This document shows positions 25,092 to 29,452 of a stretch of 29,452 nucleotides of DNA, in pieces. The position numbers and the translations under genes are program-made. Every line of letters begins with the position of its first letter. Position 1 is the first letter of the stretch. Origin of the DNA: a virus. Taxonomy: Duplodnaviria; Caudoviricetes. The notes below the pieces were generated by a model. The model saw only the letters and a program-made list of their open reading frames with translations. It was not told where the DNA came from and searched no databases. The stretch spans positions 1 through 29,452 of IMG/VR virus record IMGVR_UViG_3300025267_000081; one strand, given 5' to 3'.

Positions 25092-26356
25092 TATTCGACC
25101 AGCCGTACATTAGTCAGAAGGGGCAGCGCCCTCTTGGCAGAGTTTGCCATGCCAAACCAGAAGCCCGCCTGGCCGCGTCGTTGGTCTGGGTCCGTGCCCT
25201 GCCCGCCAGAGTTGGCCGCGAAAGCCCTGGCTGTGGCAGCCGCGATCAGGTAACGCTCGCTGATCTCGGAGGTGTCCGAGTCTGCGCTAAGTAGCGCGGG
25301 CTTGTCCCCGCCTACGAGCTTGAGGAGATTGTAGCGGGCCACGCCATGGACGTAGCTATCCATCACAACGTCCTTAGCCTCTTTGTCTATCCACCACAGG
25401 TGACGCGGCAGCTTAATCCATTTAGCCGTATCGTTCTTGACGACGCTGATATCGTCCAGCCAGACGGTGCAGGCCCCGAGGTCGGAGTCGTACTCAAGGC
25501 CTATCGAGATGATCGCGGTATCGCTTTCAGGGTTGGCCAAGGCCACCCGGCAGAATGTCCAAGTATCCGCCGTTAGGGCAGGAACGCTCAGGGTCTCTAG
25601 GGGCGAAGCACAACTGGCCGTGTCGTCAAGGAGTATCTTCAGGTTGCCAGCACTGGTGGCCACCGTACTCCTGGCCCAGAGCTCGATGTAGTCGTACCCG
25701 CTGATATCCTTGCTGCCAAACGAGTCGGTGGCAATGTCGCCAGCACTGGCTCCGCCAGCTATGACAAACTTGTTGCTGGCAGTGCCCTGTTTCTTGATCT
25801 CCGTATCAGCAGTGACCGTGAAGTCCGAGTCCACGGTCTCATCGAATGCGCTGTTGCAGGAGTGAAGCCGGGTAAAGTCCACGCTATTGCGGTAGAAGAG
25901 GTCTCGAACCATAGAGATGCCGGACGGGACATCCAGCCGCAATATGCCCCCATCTGTATGGAAAGCCAGGCTTTCTACCGGGTCCCAGGCGTGACCCGTG
26001 GACTCTATGATCGCCTGGTTGAGGAAGTCGTCGATAACCGCGGGGTTAAACTCAGCATCCCACAGCTCGTAGCTGTCGCTGGTGGCTGGATTGGCGGCCA
26101 GCGCAGGAGACACCTCGAGCTTAGTCGAGCTAGAGGTGTAGTCGCTGACACGGGTAACCTGCCCCGCTGTCCCGCTAGCGTCGTTAAAGACTACCCACTT
26201 GCCGTTGTGGTTGTCGTCCGCGCCTATAAGCGTGTTGTCGGTTATCTCATTCGTGGCAGTGGAATTGTCACTAGCCGACGAGACATATACTGCGCCTAAG
26301 TTGTAGCCAATGCTCCGGCGAAGCTGGGCGCGGGTTCTTCCTTGGATAACTGCCAT
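25091..26356 (-). CDS. head-tail adaptor (tail tubular A-like) with inserted beta domains
   Basis: Helical N- and C-termini (TRAQLRRSI...FLNQAI...YLIAAATARA) around a carbohydrate-binding-like insert; gene order. Confidence 0.6.
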   Translation of the reverse strand: MAVIQGRTRAQLRRSIGYNLGAVYVSSASDNSTATNEITDNTLIGADDNHNGKWVVFNDASGTAGQVTRVSDYTSSSTKLEVSPALAANPATSDSYELWDAEFNPAVIDDFLNQAIIESTGHAWDPVESLAFHTDGGILRLDVPSGISMVRDLFYRNSVDFTRLHSCNSAFDETVDSDFTVTADTEIKKQGTASNKFVIAGGASAGDIATDSFGSKDISGYDYIELWARSTVATSAGNLKILLDDTASCASPLETLSVPALTADTWTFCRVALANPESDTAIISIGLEYDSDLGACTVWLDDISVVKNDTAKWIKLPRHLWWIDKEAKDVVMDSYVHGVARYNLLKLVGGDKPALLSADSDTSEISERYLIAAATARAFAANSGGQGTDPDQRRGQAGFWFGMANSAKRALPLLTNVRLVE

Positions 26357-26375
26357 CCCTGCACCCCATCAAATA

Positions 26376-26483
26376 CTAGTATCCAGACCGGCGTGCCTTC
26401 TTGCGAGTTTTCTTCGCGTAGGCAGCGGCGGCCTGTTTGCCCTTCTTAGTGTACGGGAACTTTTTCTTCCCTACCCTCGGCAT
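26376..26483 (-). CDS. 35-aa highly basic phage peptide
   Basis: MPRVGKKKFPYTKKGKQAAAAYAKKTRKKARRSGY with an AAGGAGG RBS; below the track cut-off. Confidence 0.75.
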   Translation of the reverse strand: MPRVGKKKFPYTKKGKQAAAAYAKKTRKKARRSGY

Positions 26484-26667
26484 CTACAGCCTCCTTACTA
26501 TTCAAGCTGGCAAGCCTGGCTTCAAGATCGTCTATTCTCTGGTTGCGCTCGGTCACTGCCCGGGTCATCGCAACTAGCTGGACTTGCAGGTTCGTAACCT
26601 CGTTAACCTTGAGGCGAAGCACCTCTGACAGGTCGCCTTCCGTTACCTGTATTTCCGTGCCCGCCAT
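26446..26667 (-). CDS. coiled-coil hypothetical protein
   Basis: AAGGGG RBS; heptad pattern. Confidence 0.65.
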   Translation of the reverse strand: MAGTEIQVTEGDLSEVLRLKVNEVTNLQVQLVAMTRAVTERNQRIDDLEARLASLNSKEAVDAEGREEKVPVH

Positions 26668-27037
26668 ACTTAGCCCCCTTCAGTCCAGAGTAGTAGATCT
26701 TGCCGTTGGAACTTTCCTTGCGCTTGATGCGGTTGGTCCTGATCTCGTCCAGGATCTTGCCTATCTCCTTACGCTGCCCAGCATTAGGAGCAGGCTTATG
26801 ATCTTTTTGCCTGATCTCGGTAAGCCAAGTGTCAACGGCCTGGGCAGCCATGTCCTCGAGGTGCGCCTGTGAGGTCTCGTCGTCTGCAAGGACGCAGAAC
26901 TTATGCCTCTTGCCCGTGACAGGGTCGTGTACCCGGAAGATGTGTGACTGTATCTGCCCGCCGGTCTCAGCGTTGTGCCCCGCAGGGGACACGGCGTGAC
27001 TCGTGACCACCTGCGGGGTCCAGAGTTCAGTTACCAC
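26603..27037 (-). CDS. hypothetical late protein
   Basis: Starts 2 nt after the upstream stop; ELWTP N-terminus. Confidence 0.65.
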   Translation of the reverse strand: MVTELWTPQVVTSHAVSPAGHNAETGGQIQSHIFRVHDPVTGKRHKFCVLADDETSQAHLEDMAAQAVDTWLTEIRQKDHKPAPNAGQRKEIGKILDEIRTNRIKRKESSNGKIYYSGLKGAKYGGHGNTGNGRRPVRGASPQG

Positions 27038-27039
27038 TT

Positions 27040-27786
27040 TTAGTACAGGTTCATCAACATTACGGTGTGATACTCGTCGTTCACACCAGCTTTACCATGT
27101 GTCCTAGCAAGAGCAGGAGTCGTATCTGCCCCAACGGCAAGTAACGAACCTGCGTGGTTAGAACTAGCACCAACAAGTGTGCCAACGGCAGGTGTTCCGT
27201 CCATAGCAGCTACACCCATGCCTGCAACCTGTACCCACCCAAAGTAGTCAGCAGCAACCTGACAAACTGACAGACCTACAAAGCGTCCTGCTACAGCAGC
27301 AGGAGCTACTACTATATCTTTATAAGGGCTCTTGATTAGACCCGCTGTCTCTGTTCCGTTAGTAACGGCAATAACTGTAGCATCTGGCTCATCAAGAGTC
27401 AGGGCTAATGTAGCAGAACCGTCAGCTTGAGGATGGCTCTTGATCTTGTAAAAGACCCTTGACCCCGCTGTTGAAAGCGTAGGTAAGTTGAAGAACAGAT
27501 ACCCCTCTGCATATAGATTCTTTGCAGCAGCGGTTGCACCAAGCGTGACGGTAACCGAACTAGAGCCAGCAGCAGTTGTTGCTACCGCTAGGTCTTCATC
27601 ATGGTTACCGGCAGGAGCCTCACTCGCTACAATCATTCCTTCCTCAATAGCAGTGCCGCCATTCTCTACATATCTGTACTTTCTACCATCTGCAAACACC
27701 ATCTCAGCCCCAAGGACTTGCCTCTGTGCTGATGTGGTTTGTTTTTCCCACCCATAACTTCCACTAATTGTTTTTGGAAACGACAT
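27040..27786 (-). CDS. capsid decoration / minor capsid-like protein
   Basis: DGRKYRYV...YFGWVQ..G pattern, close to the MCP; AAGGAGGT RBS before ATG 27786. Confidence 0.6.
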   Translation of the reverse strand: MSFPKTISGSYGWEKQTTSAQRQVLGAEMVFADGRKYRYVENGGTAIEEGMIVASEAPAGNHDEDLAVATTAAGSSSVTVTLGATAAAKNLYAEGYLFFNLPTLSTAGSRVFYKIKSHPQADGSATLALTLDEPDATVIAVTNGTETAGLIKSPYKDIVVAPAAVAGRFVGLSVCQVAADYFGWVQVAGMGVAAMDGTPAVGTLVGASSNHAGSLLAVGADTTPALARTHGKAGVNDEYHTVMLMNLY

Positions 27787-27814
27787 TTCCAAACCTCCTT
27801 TAAGGCTTAAATTT

Positions 27815-27891
27815 ACAGGCTCCTATGTCCTGCGATAGGCCGATATTTGCACTGCCCGAGGGCGGCCTCGGCCTATCGTTACAGCCGCCCC
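27815..27891 (-). ncRNA. candidate cis-acting H-type pseudoknot
   Basis: P1 GGGCGGC/GCCGCCC interleaved with P2 CGAUAGGCCGA/UCGGCCUAUCG, followed by a CAGG/CCUG hairpin. Confidence 0.55.
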
Positions 27892-27903
27892 AAGCATTAA
27901 CCC

Positions 27904-28377
27904 TTAGTGAGTTTTGGCGTGAGCCCTCAGCTTAGACTGAGCCCCCGCACGCGATGCCCCTATAATCTCCGCATTGCAGACCGGGCAATAGACGCTGATC
28001 GAGGGCTTTGCAGGCACAGCCTGCGCCACATCATTGCCAAGCTGGCTACCGACAATCGCGAAAACGCTATCAGCAGCCTGCCTGACGGACGAGTCCGTAG
28101 GCCCGGGGCGCTGCCCGACGCACCACTGGCACTCGCAGCTTGCACCAGGAGCCCAGGGGAATAGTCCGATCTTAGCCTTACGCAACACGTATCCGGGCTC
28201 TCCAGGAACCCCTTTTACCGTAGTGCCAATATCCTCTGACACACTGCCTTCTGCATTGTAGCTAGGCTTGTGCCGATATAGGGTCGCCTTGGGTTGCCAC
28301 TCGTCTATGTACTTTAACGAGAAGCCTGCATTAGCTAGCTCCAGCTTCTGCTGGTTGCGCTCAGTTATCCCTACCAC
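27904..28377 (-). CDS. hypothetical protein with CxCxxC and C-terminal C2H2 Zn finger
   Basis: CECQWC; CPVC...LRAHAKTH. Confidence 0.7.
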   Translation of the reverse strand: MVGITERNQQKLELANAGFSLKYIDEWQPKATLYRHKPSYNAEGSVSEDIGTTVKGVPGEPGYVLRKAKIGLFPWAPGASCECQWCVGQRPGPTDSSVRQAADSVFAIVGSQLGNDVAQAVPAKPSISVYCPVCNAEIIGASRAGAQSKLRAHAKTH

Positions 28378-28400
28378 TACTTACCCTCACTTACTTATGC

Positions 28401-29279
28401 CTACGAGAAGGCAAGGTCGCCAATCTCTGCCCTGAACGCTGCGCCCCGGCTGTCGTCTAGCTCAAACACACCGTAGTCTGCGGTCATTACCAGTTCCGTG
28501 GCCCTGAGAGAGGCGTCGCGCTGTCGCTCAGTCCTCGTGTCTACGCTGGTAAGGGCCGCCATGGCCGTCTTGTCAGCGATAACGCCATATCCCGAGTCCG
28601 TGGTGCCAATCTTTGCGATATTCCCGTCCTCAAAAATGCTGACGCCGTTGATGGGGCGGAGCCCGCTGTAGAAGTTCTGCAACAGATCGACGCTCCAACC
28701 GCTCGTAAGTCCAGCAGCGGCAGCAGTGTCGGCAGTTGTAGCCGATGCCTTAGAAAGTTCCGCAACCGCGTTTGGGTGATGAATTATGTAAAGCTGGCTT
28801 CCAAACTTATTGGCCTTCGCCCTACTTATAGCGGCATGAACATTCGCCGTAGAGAATGTCTGGTTATCCGCAGATAAGATCGTGCCATCATTAAGGTTAG
28901 GCCACAGGGCAATTACGTCCGTGTCTTTTTTTCTCGCCATGCCGTCACCAAGCTGCCTTCCTATCATGGAGAAGACGTTGTCGGCGGCCTGCCGGACCAG
29001 CTTGTCAGTGAGGATAACCTTAGCGCCAACCTCGCTCGCCGTGAGATCAACCGTGGTCATGCCGATGTCTTCCTCGTCAATAATATCTTGGCCGTCTACG
29101 AGGTCAGACATGGACATCTGGCCAACCTTGGGGACGGTGACCTGCTTTGCCCCCTTCGGAAGGCTAAACTGCTCGATCAACGCCAGCGCAGGAGCGTTAT
29201 GCTCCTCCGTATACCTACTTGCCGCAAGAATGATCTTCTGGGCATTTTCCAGATTGCCCGTCGTCGCCGTCTGCGCCAT
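28401..29279 (-). CDS. major capsid protein (HK97 fold)
   Basis: 292 aa; AGGAGG RBS; V.VPK.G, LGDGMARKKD.D, IHHP, GV.IFE and ADYG motifs. Confidence 0.85.
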   Translation of the reverse strand: MAQTATTGNLENAQKIILAASRYTEEHNAPALALIEQFSLPKGAKQVTVPKVGQMSMSDLVDGQDIIDEEDIGMTTVDLTASEVGAKVILTDKLVRQAADNVFSMIGRQLGDGMARKKDTDVIALWPNLNDGTILSADNQTFSTANVHAAISRAKANKFGSQLYIIHHPNAVAELSKASATTADTAAAAGLTSGWSVDLLQNFYSGLRPINGVSIFEDGNIAKIGTTDSGYGVIADKTAMAALTSVDTRTERQRDASLRATELVMTADYGVFELDDSRGAAFRAEIGDLAFS

Positions 29280-29299
29280 CCTAAAGCCTCCTAGCTAGA

Positions 29300-29452
29300 T
29301 TACTGTAGCCCCGTTGCTCGTCTTGCTGCGGCCACCGCGCTAGGCGACCGATCGCCAACATTGTACCTATCTAGCCAGCCCCCCTCATTGGCAGCCACTC
29401 CCGGGTTGCCCTGGCTATTGTCAAGTGCCTGCGGCGGGACGCGAGCCTGCTT
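29300..29452 (-). CDS. C-terminus of probable scaffolding protein (truncated)
   Basis: Open frame KQARVPPQALDNSQG...AARRATGLQ directly upstream of the MCP. Confidence 0.55.
   Translation of the reverse strand, partial: KQARVPPQALDNSQGNPGVAANEGGWLDRYNVGDRSPSAVAAARRATGLQ

Overview
The window is most of the genome of a tailed, podovirus-like dsDNA phage with two divergent arms. The minus-strand late arm runs left from ~3995 (Zn-finger protein, HTH protein, small and large terminase, then a portal running off the left edge). It resumes at the right edge with a scaffold end, major capsid protein, decoration-like protein, tail adaptor and nozzle, an 889-aa tail fibre, and a cluster of small membrane proteins. 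The plus-strand early arm (5243-17143) has two sigma70-type promoters, many small accessory genes, a gp88-like protein, a C5 DNA methyltransferase, a PD-(D/E)XK exonuclease, a RecA/AAA helicase and a VRR-NUC nuclease. A repeat-rich non-coding hub (~4000-5240) separates the arms. The main discovery is missing from the ORF track: a ferredoxin-thioredoxin reductase catalytic-subunit gene (22324-22788, minus) inside the tail module. Both redox-active cysteine positions are in-frame UGA codons (C-P-U and C-I-U), each followed at the same offset by a SECIS-like hairpin, which points to a phage-encoded two-selenocysteine protein. Other notable items are a dual-frame methyltransferase starting from one ATGTG, a 31-bp inverted repeat whose mismatches are all G-U and which encloses an early gene, an array of 20-bp palindromes, and a pseudoknot in the late operon. 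All calls come from reading motifs by eye; no database searches were run.
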